A stretch of DNA of 64,000 nt from an uncultured Bacillales bacterium. GTDB taxonomy: Bacteria; Bacillota_I; Bacilli_A; RFN20; CAG-449. A model generated the notes under the pieces. That model searched no databases and was not told the origin of the DNA. It was given only the letters and a program-made list of their open reading frames with translations. Below are positions 49,113-59,173 of this stretch, one piece after another. Numbering within the stretch: position 1 is the first letter of the stretch; each line of letters opens with the position of its first letter. Made by a program: the position numbers and the translations under genes. The stretch is taken from positions 168,512 to 232,511 of the forward strand of contig CAMPBT010000001.1 of the NCBI GenBank assembly GCA_946641515.1, read 5' to 3'.

Positions 49113-49420
49113 AATTAAAAATCATATTAATGATAGAAATGATTTTAGTAATGACAACTAATTTAAAAATCAAAACTATTAATAATTATGAGAAAACTAA
49201 AAGTGAACTGGAATATGCTTCTAGTCAAATCTATATTTCATTTTTAAAATATTCGAAAAATAATTCTTATGTAATTACTTATTTAAAATCCCAAGAAATT
49301 GATATTTTTAACGAAGAGATTACTTCTTCATCTTATCGTTATACATTACAAAAAAAATACTTCTCTTATGAAAAGAATAAAGAATTACTCCTAACTTTAG
49401 AAAAGTATTTTACATATTAA
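49109..49420 (+). CDS. Hypothetical small membrane-anchored protein (island ORF 5)
   Basis: 103 aa with an N-terminal TM helix. It has a 4-bp overlap with ORF 4 and ends where the convergent fpg::coaE gene ends. Confidence 0.4.
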   Translation: MKLKIILMIEMILVMTTNLKIKTINNYEKTKSELEYASSQIYISFLKYSKNNSYVITYLKSQEIDIFNEEITSSSYRYTLQKKYFSYEKNKELLLTLEKYFTY

Positions 49421-50820
49421 GAATTTAGAATTAATAAATATAATTTATCAACATTCATGCGTAAATCAAGAAGTGAATAGTTGTTATCAATTAAATATGT
49501 ACACTTTTTAGCGTTCTTATCAAATTGAGAAGATTCATTGAGTTTTAAATCTTTTGCAACATTGAGTGATTTACGAGCGTTTAAATGATTAATCTGAGTT
49601 AATGAAGAAGCTTGTACTCCAATAATGACATCAAAGAGATTTTCAAAACCTGCTTCAAATAATAAAGGAACTTCTACTACAACCATTTTTTCATTCATGT
49701 GAGAAGAAATAAATGATTCAATTTTAGCGCGGACTAGAGGATGAACTAACTCTTCTAGTTCTTTCTTTTTATTTGGATTTAAATTGATGACGTTTTTAAT
49801 ATATCCTTTGGAGATTGATAAATCATCATTCAAGACTTCAGGAGAGAACATCTCAATTAATTTCTTTTTGAATGCTAATTCTTTATAGAGGTTAGTTACA
49901 ATTTCATCAGAAGAGATTGTAGGGCAACCTTTTTCTTTAAATAATTTAGTAACCGTTGATTTGCCAGAAGCAATTTTACCAGTAATACCGATAACTAGCG
50001 CGACATTTTGGCAATGAGGACAATAAGTTGTGCCTCTTCCTTTAATTATTGCTTTACGCATTGTTGAAGAACAAACTGGACATTTTTTTCCTTCTTTACC
50101 ATAAGCAAGAAGTTTAGTTTGGAACATTCCATCTACTCCTTTAGCAGGATGGTAAGTAGCAATAGTTGATCCACCTGATTTAATAGCATCATTTAATGTT
50201 TCTACTGATGCTTTTAAAATATCTTCACATTCTTTTAATGTTAAAGTATTGGCTTTTTTGAAGGGATTAATTTTTGTTTTAAAACAAACTTCATCAGCAT
50301 AGATATTACCAAGTCCTGTCATAATAGTTTGATCTAAAAGTGCGGCTTTAATTTCAACTTTTTTATTTTTAAATGCTTTATGTAAATAAGAAGCATCTTT
50401 AATTTCAAAAGGCTCCGGCCCAAGTTTAGCGATTTCTTCAAATTCATTTACTTTTGTAGTTGGAGTTAAATACATAATGCCGAATTTTCTTACATCTTCA
50501 TAACATAATTTAGAACCATTTTCTAAAGTGAAAATTACGCGAGTGTATTTAGATAATTCTTCATTAATTTCACGAAGAAAATATTTACCTTCCATTCTTA
50601 AATGGGAAATAATAGTATAACCATTATCTAAATTAATTAATAAATATTTGCCTCTTCTTCCAAAGGAAGAAATAGTAGATGAAGTTACTTTATTAATGAA
50701 TTCATCTAAAGGCGATTTAATCATTCTTTCATAAAGAACTTCTACTTTGACAATCTTCTTATTAACGTAGTTTGCTTCTAAGGTTCTTCTAACAGTTTCT
50801 ACTTCAGGTAATTCAGGCAT
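49417..50820 (-). CDS. Bifunctional formamidopyrimidine-DNA glycosylase / dephospho-CoA kinase (Fpg-CoaE fusion)
   Basis: The N-terminus MPELPEVETVRR is the catalytic Pro2/Glu3 of Fpg, with the H2TH domain and zinc finger CPVC...CPHC. The same frame then runs on into the CoaE P-loop VIGITGKIASGKST and the rest of a ~195-aa dephospho-CoA kinase. Total length 467 aa. Confidence 0.8.
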   Translation of the reverse strand: MPELPEVETVRRTLEANYVNKKIVKVEVLYERMIKSPLDEFINKVTSSTISSFGRRGKYLLINLDNGYTIISHLRMEGKYFLREINEELSKYTRVIFTLENGSKLCYEDVRKFGIMYLTPTTKVNEFEEIAKLGPEPFEIKDASYLHKAFKNKKVEIKAALLDQTIMTGLGNIYADEVCFKTKINPFKKANTLTLKECEDILKASVETLNDAIKSGGSTIATYHPAKGVDGMFQTKLLAYGKEGKKCPVCSSTMRKAIIKGRGTTYCPHCQNVALVIGITGKIASGKSTVTKLFKEKGCPTISSDEIVTNLYKELAFKKKLIEMFSPEVLNDDLSISKGYIKNVINLNPNKKKELEELVHPLVRAKIESFISSHMNEKMVVVEVPLLFEAGFENLFDVIIGVQASSLTQINHLNARKSLNVAKDLKLNESSQFDKNAKKCTYLIDNNYSLLDLRMNVDKLYLLILNS

Positions 50821-50829
50821 AAGACCTCC

Positions 50830-53433
50830 TTATTTGCAGTCGTACCAAGTTTTAGCAAGACTTCCTTCAACTTTTAATTTAACTTTTAATTCAACACAAT
50901 TTTCCATTACTTCTTTTAGTAAAGGAACAATGAAATCTTTTTCTTCTTTAGGAACTTTAAAGATAAGTTCGTCGTGAATTTGAAGAACTACTTTAGTTTT
51001 ATAATTGTTTTCTTTTAAGAATTTGTCGACTTTGATCATACAAATTTTCATGATGTCTGCAGCAGTACCTTGTATTGGTGCATTCATACAGACACGTTTA
51101 CCAAATTCGCGAGTCATATAATTATCAGAAGAGAGTTCTGGAACATATCTTCTTCTTCCATATAAAGTTTTGCAGTAACCTTTTTCTCTAGCGTCATCGA
51201 TTGTCTTAACAAAATATTCTTTAATTTCAGGATATTTGTTATAGAAAGTTTCAATAATTGTTTTAGCTTCTTTTGGACTCATATCGATTCGATCGGAAAG
51301 TCCCCAGTCAGAAATACCGTAGATGATACCAAAGTTAATGGCTTTGGCTTTTCTTCTAATATCAGAAGTTACTTCTTCTTTTGTTAAGTTAAAGACTTTC
51401 ATTGCAGTCGCGGTATGAATATCTTCTCCTTTATTAAAGACTTCAATTAAATCTTGAGAAGATGCAACTGCTGATAATACTCTAAGTTCAACTTGAGAAT
51501 AATCTAAAGAGAGCATATAAGTATCTTCATCATCATAGAAGAAAGCTTTTCTTACTGCTTTACCTTCTTCAGAACGAGTAGAAATGTTTTGTAAGTTTGG
51601 ATCAGAAGAAGAAAGTCTTCCAGTCTGAGTTAATGCTTGGTTATAGGTAGTATGAATCTTGTTATCTTCATGTAGATAAGATAGTAATCCAGTTGTATAA
51701 GTAGAAATTAATTTAGAATATTTACGATATTCAATAATTAAAGGTACTACTGGATGAGATGAAGCAAGTTCGTTTAAAACTTCTACAGAAGTTGATTCTT
51801 TTTTGCCGTGAGGTAAAGCAAGTTTAGTATATAGTAATTCTGCAACTTGCTTAGGAGAAGAAATATTAAATTCATATCCTGCTAAATCATAAATCTGTTT
51901 TGTTAATTCATCTAATTTAAGTTGATATTCTTGGTTAATAGATGATAAGACATCTTTATTTAATGGGAAACCTTCTATTTCCATACGTGCAAGAATATCA
52001 CATAAAGGGAGTTCAATATCGTTATATAAAGATAAGAGTTCTCCTTCTTTTAATTCTTTTAAAGAAGCTTCTTCTACTTGAGGAAGATAATACGCCATAA
52101 GTTTAAATTCTCCATTATCTTCAAATAGAGAAATTTCTTCATTCTTTAAAAGTAAATTAATTCCATAATATCCGTAAATTGATACTTGGTCATTATTTAA
52201 AGCAGGGTTAATTAGGTAAGAGGCTAAAGTTAGGTCGTATTTTAGGCCGTTAACTTCAATACCTAAATAAGATAAAGCAACTTTAAGTGCTTTAAAATCA
52301 TATGTCTTTTTAGGTATAGATTCATCTTTCATATAAGCGATAAAATCTTTATCGTTAAATTTATTTCTAGGTAAATAATAGACTTCATTATCGACATTAA
52401 AATATAATCCATTAACTTGAGAAAGGTGATAATTACCTTTTTCTATATCTAAGATAAGATATTCTGGATTTTTGATTTCTTTAAAATTCTTTAATTCTTT
52501 TACTTCTATCTCGATAATTTCTTGCTTAATTTCTTCTTTCTTTTCATTAGTAGAGGAGATGTGACAAGGTTTAAGTTTTTTTGCTAAAGAGAAGAATTCA
52601 TATTTAGAATAAAATGATGATAATTCGTTGTAACTATAACCTTGATAAACTAAATCATTTAATGTGAATGGTAAAGGTACGTCAGTAACGATAGTTGCCA
52701 TAAATTTGCATTTTTTACCATCTTCTTGATTGAGAAGAATCTTTTCTGCCATCTTGGATTTTTGGCCTTTCATACCTTCAATGATAGCTTCTAAAGATCC
52801 GTATTCATTTAATAATTTAACTGCAGTTTTTTCTCCAACCCCAGGAATACCTTTTAAGTTATCTGATGGGTCACCCATTAAACCTTTAAAATCTTTGATT
52901 TGTTCAGGAGTTAAGCCCATTGTTTCTTTTAATAATGGTGCAGTCATATCAACTACATCAGTAAGACCTTTTTTTAGCATTCTTACAGTAATATGGTCAT
53001 CAATTAACTGCAAATAGTCTTTATCAGAAGTAAAACAAATTGTTTCAATACCTTCTTTTGAACCAAGTTTTGCCACAGTACCTGCAATATCGTCTGCTTC
53101 ATATCCATCAACTTCATAATATTTGATGTTCATAGCATCAAGCATTTCACGTGCTACTGGAAGTTGTGCGACTAAATCTAGGTCAGTTTCTTTACGTTGA
53201 GCTTTATATTCAGGCATTGCTTGATGTCTAAAGGTTTTACTACCTTTATCAAAGGCAACGACAATTTCGTCTCCCTGTTCTAAAGAAGAAACGATTTTAG
53301 TAATCATATTGGAGAAACCAAAAATTGCGTTAGTAGGGAAACCATCTTTTCTTCTCATAATGTTTCCTGTGAAGGAAGTTGCAAAGTACGCTCTAAAGAG
53401 AAGTGAGTTTCCGTCAATTACATATAATTTCAT
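50830..53433 (-). CDS. polA: DNA polymerase I
   Basis: 867 aa with a 5'-3' exonuclease N-domain (LFRAYFA, HhH) and polymerase motifs A/B/C (DYSQVELR, RRKAKAINFGIIYG, QIHDEL). Confidence 0.95.
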   Translation of the reverse strand: MKLYVIDGNSLLFRAYFATSFTGNIMRRKDGFPTNAIFGFSNMITKIVSSLEQGDEIVVAFDKGSKTFRHQAMPEYKAQRKETDLDLVAQLPVAREMLDAMNIKYYEVDGYEADDIAGTVAKLGSKEGIETICFTSDKDYLQLIDDHITVRMLKKGLTDVVDMTAPLLKETMGLTPEQIKDFKGLMGDPSDNLKGIPGVGEKTAVKLLNEYGSLEAIIEGMKGQKSKMAEKILLNQEDGKKCKFMATIVTDVPLPFTLNDLVYQGYSYNELSSFYSKYEFFSLAKKLKPCHISSTNEKKEEIKQEIIEIEVKELKNFKEIKNPEYLILDIEKGNYHLSQVNGLYFNVDNEVYYLPRNKFNDKDFIAYMKDESIPKKTYDFKALKVALSYLGIEVNGLKYDLTLASYLINPALNNDQVSIYGYYGINLLLKNEEISLFEDNGEFKLMAYYLPQVEEASLKELKEGELLSLYNDIELPLCDILARMEIEGFPLNKDVLSSINQEYQLKLDELTKQIYDLAGYEFNISSPKQVAELLYTKLALPHGKKESTSVEVLNELASSHPVVPLIIEYRKYSKLISTYTTGLLSYLHEDNKIHTTYNQALTQTGRLSSSDPNLQNISTRSEEGKAVRKAFFYDDEDTYMLSLDYSQVELRVLSAVASSQDLIEVFNKGEDIHTATAMKVFNLTKEEVTSDIRRKAKAINFGIIYGISDWGLSDRIDMSPKEAKTIIETFYNKYPEIKEYFVKTIDDAREKGYCKTLYGRRRYVPELSSDNYMTREFGKRVCMNAPIQGTAADIMKICMIKVDKFLKENNYKTKVVLQIHDELIFKVPKEEKDFIVPLLKEVMENCVELKVKLKVEGSLAKTWYDCK

Positions 53434-53434
53434 T

Positions 53435-56400
53435 TTATGCCTCCATTTTAATTACTTCGTTTGCAATAAATGATATTCCATAATTTTCATCGTTTCTAAA
53501 ATATCCTTTAAATGCAAAACATTCATTTTCATAAACAACTTTTTTATATTGTTCGTAAGTTTTTGTAAATAATGTAACTTCAATATCCATAGAAGAATCA
53601 AAGCCGTGAATAATACCCATTTTTTCTTTTTTCTTAGTATTAATTTCTTTAATTTCGTTGACAAAAATAGTAATCATTGTGTCACCTTTTTTATTTATTT
53701 GAGAAGCGACACTTTTAACTTTGTGCTCACGAATAAATTTTTCATATTTTTTAAGTGGTGAAGAAGATAACATGATTCCTAAAACTTCATATTCACGTTG
53801 AAGTTTCATGTCTTCATCTTCATCTCTTTCATTGACTTTTGGTCTAAAAACTTCGCTTGAGTTATCAAATAAAGAGATATTATATGCAATATCAGCATAC
53901 TGCATAAAGGCTTTAATTGATTGGTGGAGAGATAGACGTGAATGATTAAATTCATCAAAACATCCTCCATCAATCATCTTGGAAAGATTATCTTCTGATA
54001 AATTATATTCACGCATTCTCGCGACAAATGTGTCGACATCATTAAAAAGACCATTTTTCTTTCTTTCATAAGCAATAGCCTCACCTAAAGTAGAAGGCAA
54101 CCCTTTAATAGCAGTGAAAGGAATAATTAAAGTATTACCTTTAATTTCGTAAGTTGAAGAAGATAAATTAATTGAAGGTAATCCTAAAGTTAAATTGAAA
54201 TATTTTAATTCTTTTAAGAGCTTTACATATTGAGGAGAACCTAGTGTTACTCCGTTAAAGATTGTCGCATAGAATTCTTTTGAATAATTTGCTTTTAAAT
54301 ACGCCATACGATAAGTAATTAATGCGTATGCTACTGAGTGAGATTTGTTAAAACCGTAATTAGCAAATTTATCGATTAATTCAAAAATTTTTAAAGCAAC
54401 ATCATCGTTAATTTTATTTGCTTTTGCACCTAATAAGAATTTTTCTTTTAATTCACTTAATTTTGAGGCATCTTTTTTAGAGATAGCACGTCTAAATAAA
54501 TCAGCTTCTCCAAGATTAAAACCTGCAATATCTTGGACGATTTGCATGATTTGTTCTTGGTAAACGATAACTCCATAAGTAGATTTAAGTGTCTTTTCTA
54601 GCAATGGGTGTAAATATTTAATCTTTTCTTTATGATTCTTGCCTTCAATAAATAAAGGAATGTTATCCATTGGACCTGGTCTATATAAAGCAAGGAGCGC
54701 AACTAAATCATCAAAAGAATTGATCTTAACTTTTTCTAATGACTTAGTAATACCTTCACTTTCAAGCTGGAATAAATAAGAAGTGAATCCTAAATTGAGA
54801 ATTTCAAAAGTCTTTTTATCGTTTAATGGGATATCTTTTAAGTTAAAGTTAGAATTAATTTTATTAATTTGCTTTTCAATGTTATTAATTAAAGTTAGAT
54901 TTCTTAAACCTAAAATATCCATCTTTAAGAAACCTAAATCTTCAATATAATCTTTTTCAATTTCACAGATTAATCCTTGTTCAGTTCTAAATGTAGGTAA
55001 GACTTCAGTTAAATCTTGTTCATTTAAAATAATACCAGCAGGGTGAATAGAAGTTTGTCTAGGTAGACCATAAATTTTTGATGCTAAATCAATGATCCTT
55101 TTAAAATATGAATCTGATGATAATTTAATTAATGTTTTAGAGTTTTTAAGCGCGTCATTTAAAGTATCAAATCCTCTAGTAGCATTTGATAAATTATTAA
55201 TATCCATCTGGTTGATAGAGAAGACTTTACCTAAATCTTGGAATACTTGTTTTGGACCAATTTCTTGGAAAGTAACAATGTATGACATTTGATTTTTTGA
55301 ATAACGATTTTCAATGTAATTATAGATATCTTGTCTATTAATATCTGCAATATCAATATCGATATCAGGAAGAGTAACTCTAGAAGGATTTAAGAATCTT
55401 TCAAACATTAAATCGTATTTTAAAGGATCTACTTCAGTAATACCAAGTAGATAAGAAATTAATGCACCTGCGGCAGAGCCTCTACCAGGACCGACAGGAA
55501 TATTTTCTTTTTTCGCGTAATTAACATAATCACTGACAATTAAAAAATAATCTAGATATCCCATTTTTTCGATGATGTCTAATTCGTATTTTAATCTCTT
55601 GATGTAATCTTCGTTTAAAAATAGATTTCTTTCTTTACTTCTTTGTAAACATAGAGAATAAATATAATCTTTTTTGTCTTTTTTATTTTCTACAGGATAA
55701 GAAAGGAGTTTACCTCTTTTCTTAAAGAAATCAAAATTAATTAATTCTTTAATAACATGGGTATTTTTAATTTCTTCTTCTGTGTAAATAGCATTGACTG
55801 CTTTTTCACTTAAGAAATAGTAAGGACCTACTGATTCATCATTTAATTTAAGATTATCTTTATTTTTAATAGCTTCAACGATTTTTAAAATAAAATCATC
55901 TTCCTTCTTTAAATATAAATGACGAGGGAAGGCTACTAAATTATAAGAATGTTTCAAAGCAAAACTTCTAATATATTCGACTTTATTTTTATCTTCTTTA
56001 GAGTAATATTCTATACCAATAAAAGAATGCTCAAATCCTTTTAAGAGAGAGAAAATGTTTTTAGCAATTTCTTCTTCTTTAGCACTTTCAATAGAGGAAA
56101 GAGGAAGAATACCAATTAATCCTTCTAAATATGGTTCAATATCTTTTTTAGTTTTATTTTCTAAAGCAAGAATCTTACATAAATTTAAATATCCTTGTTC
56201 ATTTTGAATGTAGACTACAAGTTTTGTATTATCTAAATTTAATGTACAACCAAGTAATGGTTTAATATTATTTTTTCTTAAAACTTTATCAAAAGTAGGA
56301 AAGCCAAAACAATTATTATTATCACAAAGACCGCATGCTTCATGATTAAATTCTTTGCATCCTAAAACAATATCTTCATTTCTTAATGTTGAAGATAATA

Positions 56401-56440
56401 AGGAATAACCGCTTTGTAAGTTTAATGGGATATAGTTCAT
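53435..56440 (-). CDS. dnaE: DNA polymerase III alpha subunit (DnaE-type)
   Basis: 1001 aa with an N-terminal PHP domain, the polymerase core (GPGRGSAAGALISYLLGIT) and an OB fold. Its stop is 1 nt from the polA start. Confidence 0.95.
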   Translation of the reverse strand: MNYIPLNLQSGYSLLSSTLRNEDIVLGCKEFNHEACGLCDNNNCFGFPTFDKVLRKNNIKPLLGCTLNLDNTKLVVYIQNEQGYLNLCKILALENKTKKDIEPYLEGLIGILPLSSIESAKEEEIAKNIFSLLKGFEHSFIGIEYYSKEDKNKVEYIRSFALKHSYNLVAFPRHLYLKKEDDFILKIVEAIKNKDNLKLNDESVGPYYFLSEKAVNAIYTEEEIKNTHVIKELINFDFFKKRGKLLSYPVENKKDKKDYIYSLCLQRSKERNLFLNEDYIKRLKYELDIIEKMGYLDYFLIVSDYVNYAKKENIPVGPGRGSAAGALISYLLGITEVDPLKYDLMFERFLNPSRVTLPDIDIDIADINRQDIYNYIENRYSKNQMSYIVTFQEIGPKQVFQDLGKVFSINQMDINNLSNATRGFDTLNDALKNSKTLIKLSSDSYFKRIIDLASKIYGLPRQTSIHPAGIILNEQDLTEVLPTFRTEQGLICEIEKDYIEDLGFLKMDILGLRNLTLINNIEKQINKINSNFNLKDIPLNDKKTFEILNLGFTSYLFQLESEGITKSLEKVKINSFDDLVALLALYRPGPMDNIPLFIEGKNHKEKIKYLHPLLEKTLKSTYGVIVYQEQIMQIVQDIAGFNLGEADLFRRAISKKDASKLSELKEKFLLGAKANKINDDVALKIFELIDKFANYGFNKSHSVAYALITYRMAYLKANYSKEFYATIFNGVTLGSPQYVKLLKELKYFNLTLGLPSINLSSSTYEIKGNTLIIPFTAIKGLPSTLGEAIAYERKKNGLFNDVDTFVARMREYNLSEDNLSKMIDGGCFDEFNHSRLSLHQSIKAFMQYADIAYNISLFDNSSEVFRPKVNERDEDEDMKLQREYEVLGIMLSSSPLKKYEKFIREHKVKSVASQINKKGDTMITIFVNEIKEINTKKKEKMGIIHGFDSSMDIEVTLFTKTYEQYKKVVYENECFAFKGYFRNDENYGISFIANEVIKMEA

Positions 56441-56636
56441 ATTTATAATTCTTCTTTTTAATTATATTAAAAACATCAGATAATTTGTATAAGAAAATTG
56501 ATTTTTGATTCTTTATTATAAGAATTAAAATTAATACAAATTTAATTATTTGTTTTCTTTATCTTTTATTTTAAAAATAAAAAAGTTTAATATAAAGAAG
56601 TTGTGTTTATTAATTAAACAATTTTAAGGAGAAAAA

Positions 56637-57977
56637 ATGAAAAAACTTAGATTAATCACTGCGTGTGCGTTGACGTTCCTAAGCATGCCATCACTTGTTT
56701 CATGTGATAATACATTAACATTAACTGTATACAATGCTGCAGATTATATTGATGAAGGCACAGATGGAGATGGAAATACTATTGAAGGAAGAAAAGGCTC
56801 TATCGCAGCTTTTGAAGAATGGTATGAAAAAGAAACTGGTACACCTATTAAAGTCAATTACCAGAACTATTCTACTATTGAAGAAATGTACACAAAAATT
56901 GAACTTGGACAAATTAAACCTGACTTAGTATGCTCAACAGACTACGTTATCTTAAAGATGAGAGATAACAATATGCTTGAACCATATGGCTTTGATGAAA
57001 ATACAAATTTATATGGAAGTGAATTACAAAATGTTAATGATAATTTATCTCCATATTTAAAAAAGGTCTTTAAGAAAAATGGCTTCTCAAATTGGGCAGT
57101 GCCATATTTCTGGGGAACAATTGGTATTACATATAATCCAGAAGTAGTTGATGAAGAATCAGTTAAATCTTGGAATTTCCAATGGAATCCATTAGATAAA
57201 GAAGGAAATCTTATCACCGGTAGAAAGATTTCTATTAAAGATTCAATTCGTGCGACATATTTTACTGGAGTAATGCGTGTCTATCACGATGAATTAATGT
57301 CTTATTCCAAACAATATAAGAATGGTACTTTAGATGCAGATACTTATAACTCAAAAGTAAGTGAAGTATTTAATAAATCTGATGCAGAAACTGTAAACAA
57401 AGTAAAAAAAGAATTAGAAAAACTTGATGGTTTAGTTCAGCTTGAAGTTGATGATGGTAAAAACGAAATGATTAAGGGAAATCTAGTTGCAAACCTTGCT
57501 TGGTCGGGAGACGCAGTTTACGCAATGGATGGAGGAGAACCTGAACTTAATTTAAAATATTATGTTCCTGAAGAAGGCTCTGATATGTGGCTTGATGCTT
57601 GGTCAATGTGCAAAGGCGCTAATATTGAAGCCTCTAAAGCATTTGTTAATTTCTTCTCAAGCCCAGAAATCGCTGCAAATAATATGGCAGCAACAGGATA
57701 TACTTCACCTTTATCATGTGATTCAATATGGAACTTAGTTAAAGATATGTATGATGCAGGAGAAGATTCTGAAAATAACGACGTAGTAGATTTATCTTAT
57801 TTCTTTGGTGAAAATCATTTCATCAATATTCCAAAATCTGAAAGAGGAAGACAATTTGATACTCAGTATCCAGATGAAGATACTTTAGCTCGCTGCGTCA
57901 TCCAAAGAGATTTCGGTGAAGAAGGAAAAAGATTAGTAGACAACATGTGGACTGAATTTAAAGCATCTTTACTTTAA
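56637..57977 (+). CDS. potD: PotD-family spermidine/putrescine-binding lipoprotein (paralog 1)
   Basis: Lipobox LVSC, plus PotD-family blocks (VPYFWGTIGITYNPE, NLAWSGDAVYAM). It is 446 aa, with insertions relative to E. coli PotD. Confidence 0.75.
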   Translation: MKKLRLITACALTFLSMPSLVSCDNTLTLTVYNAADYIDEGTDGDGNTIEGRKGSIAAFEEWYEKETGTPIKVNYQNYSTIEEMYTKIELGQIKPDLVCSTDYVILKMRDNNMLEPYGFDENTNLYGSELQNVNDNLSPYLKKVFKKNGFSNWAVPYFWGTIGITYNPEVVDEESVKSWNFQWNPLDKEGNLITGRKISIKDSIRATYFTGVMRVYHDELMSYSKQYKNGTLDADTYNSKVSEVFNKSDAETVNKVKKELEKLDGLVQLEVDDGKNEMIKGNLVANLAWSGDAVYAMDGGEPELNLKYYVPEEGSDMWLDAWSMCKGANIEASKAFVNFFSSPEIAANNMAATGYTSPLSCDSIWNLVKDMYDAGEDSENNDVVDLSYFFGENHFINIPKSERGRQFDTQYPDEDTLARCVIQRDFGEEGKRLVDNMWTEFKASLL

Positions 57978-58018
57978 CTACCATAAAATACAAAATGTTC
58001 AATTTTTGAAAATTTTAA

Positions 58019-58047
58019 TTGATTTTAGGTATTGCCTTTAATATAAT
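58019..58047 (+). promoter_or_regulatory. rpsU promoter (-35 TTGATT, 17-nt spacer, -10 TATAAT)
   Basis: Direct reading. Confidence 0.45.
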
Positions 58048-58091
58048 CTTTAATGGTCAAAGCAAACTGCTTGTGAAATGGGGTGAATTTT

Positions 58092-58265
58092 ATGCCAAAA
58101 ACAATCGTTAGAGAAAACGAAACAATCGATGATGCATTACGCAGATTCAAGAGACAGGTTAACAAAGCTGGTACCCTAACAGAAGCTAAGAAGAGAGAAT
58201 TCTACTTAAAACCAGGTCTTAAGAGAAAAATGAAGTCAGAAATGGCTCGTAGAAAATCATACTAG
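58092..58265 (+). CDS. rpsU: 30S ribosomal protein S21
   Basis: [22 protein letters not shown].... The start is ATG 58092 behind GGGGTG. The track start at 58083 is an over-extension. Confidence 0.93.
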   Translation: MPKTIVRENETIDDALRRFKRQVNKAGTLTEAKKREFYLKPGLKRKMKSEMARRKSY

Positions 58266-58288
58266 TTTTTAGTAAATCTACAAATTCA

Positions 58289-58316
58289 AACCACGGAATT
58301 AACCGTGGTTTTTTTA
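58289..58316 (+). terminator. Rho-independent terminator after rpsU
   Basis: AACCACGG-AATTA-CCGTGGTT hairpin followed by TTTTTT. Confidence 0.75.
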
Positions 58317-58619
58317 TACTCTTTAAAAGTGTTATAATACGTTAAAATTGTATCTTTAAAACTAATTGAAAAAAGATGACAAATTGTCAATAGTTAATAT
58401 TTATTAAAATTGAATGATTTTGACCCAATTTTTGGCCTTTTTTAGAGTGAAAAAATTGATATAGAATTTTATGAAATTTACATGTAAAAAATAAATAATT
58501 TATTTTTAAAAAAAGGTATTGATTTATATATATAAACTAATTAATATTATTTCGTTAAGTTTACAACTACTAAACTTTTTAATTAAGAATTTCAAACTTT
58601 TTAGAAAGGAGAATAGTCG

Positions 58620-59156
58620 ATGCAAATTGGAAAAAAGATTAAAGAATTAAGAACCTTACATAATCTTACCCAACAAGAACTTGCTAATAGAGTTGAATTA
58701 ACCAAAGGTTATATTTCACAGTTAGAAAATGATTTAACTGAACCTAGTGTTTCAACTTTAGAAGATATTGTTCTTGCGCTTGGAACAACATTATCTGATT
58801 TTTTTGAAGATGAAAGTAATAAAGAACAAGTTGTTTTCAAAAAAGATGATTATTTTGTTAAAGAATATCCAGGATATACAATAGACTGGCTAGTCACTAA
58901 TTCTCAAAAGAATGAGATGGAACCAATTTTAGTAGAAATTAATCCTAATGCAGAAACTGAAATTGATTATCCTCATGAAGGCCAAGAATTTGGTTATGTT
59001 CTTGAAGGAGAAATTCTCTTACAAATTGATAAGAAAGCTTATCGAGTAAAGAAAGGCGAAACTTTCTATTTCGATAGTACTAAAGATCATTATTTAAAGA
59101 ATGTTAAAGATAAAGTAGCAAAAGTCATTTGGGTCAGTAGCCCACCAAACTTTTAA
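58620..59156 (+). CDS. XRE-HTH plus cupin transcriptional regulator (PuuR-like)
   Basis: N-terminal HTH_XRE (LTQQELANRVELTKGYISQLE) and a C-terminal cupin beta-barrel. It lies immediately upstream of potABC. Confidence 0.75.
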   Translation: MQIGKKIKELRTLHNLTQQELANRVELTKGYISQLENDLTEPSVSTLEDIVLALGTTLSDFFEDESNKEQVVFKKDDYFVKEYPGYTIDWLVTNSQKNEMEPILVEINPNAETEIDYPHEGQEFGYVLEGEILLQIDKKAYRVKKGETFYFDSTKDHYLKNVKDKVAKVIWVSSPPNF

Positions 59157-59173
59157 TTATATGGAGATTAGAT

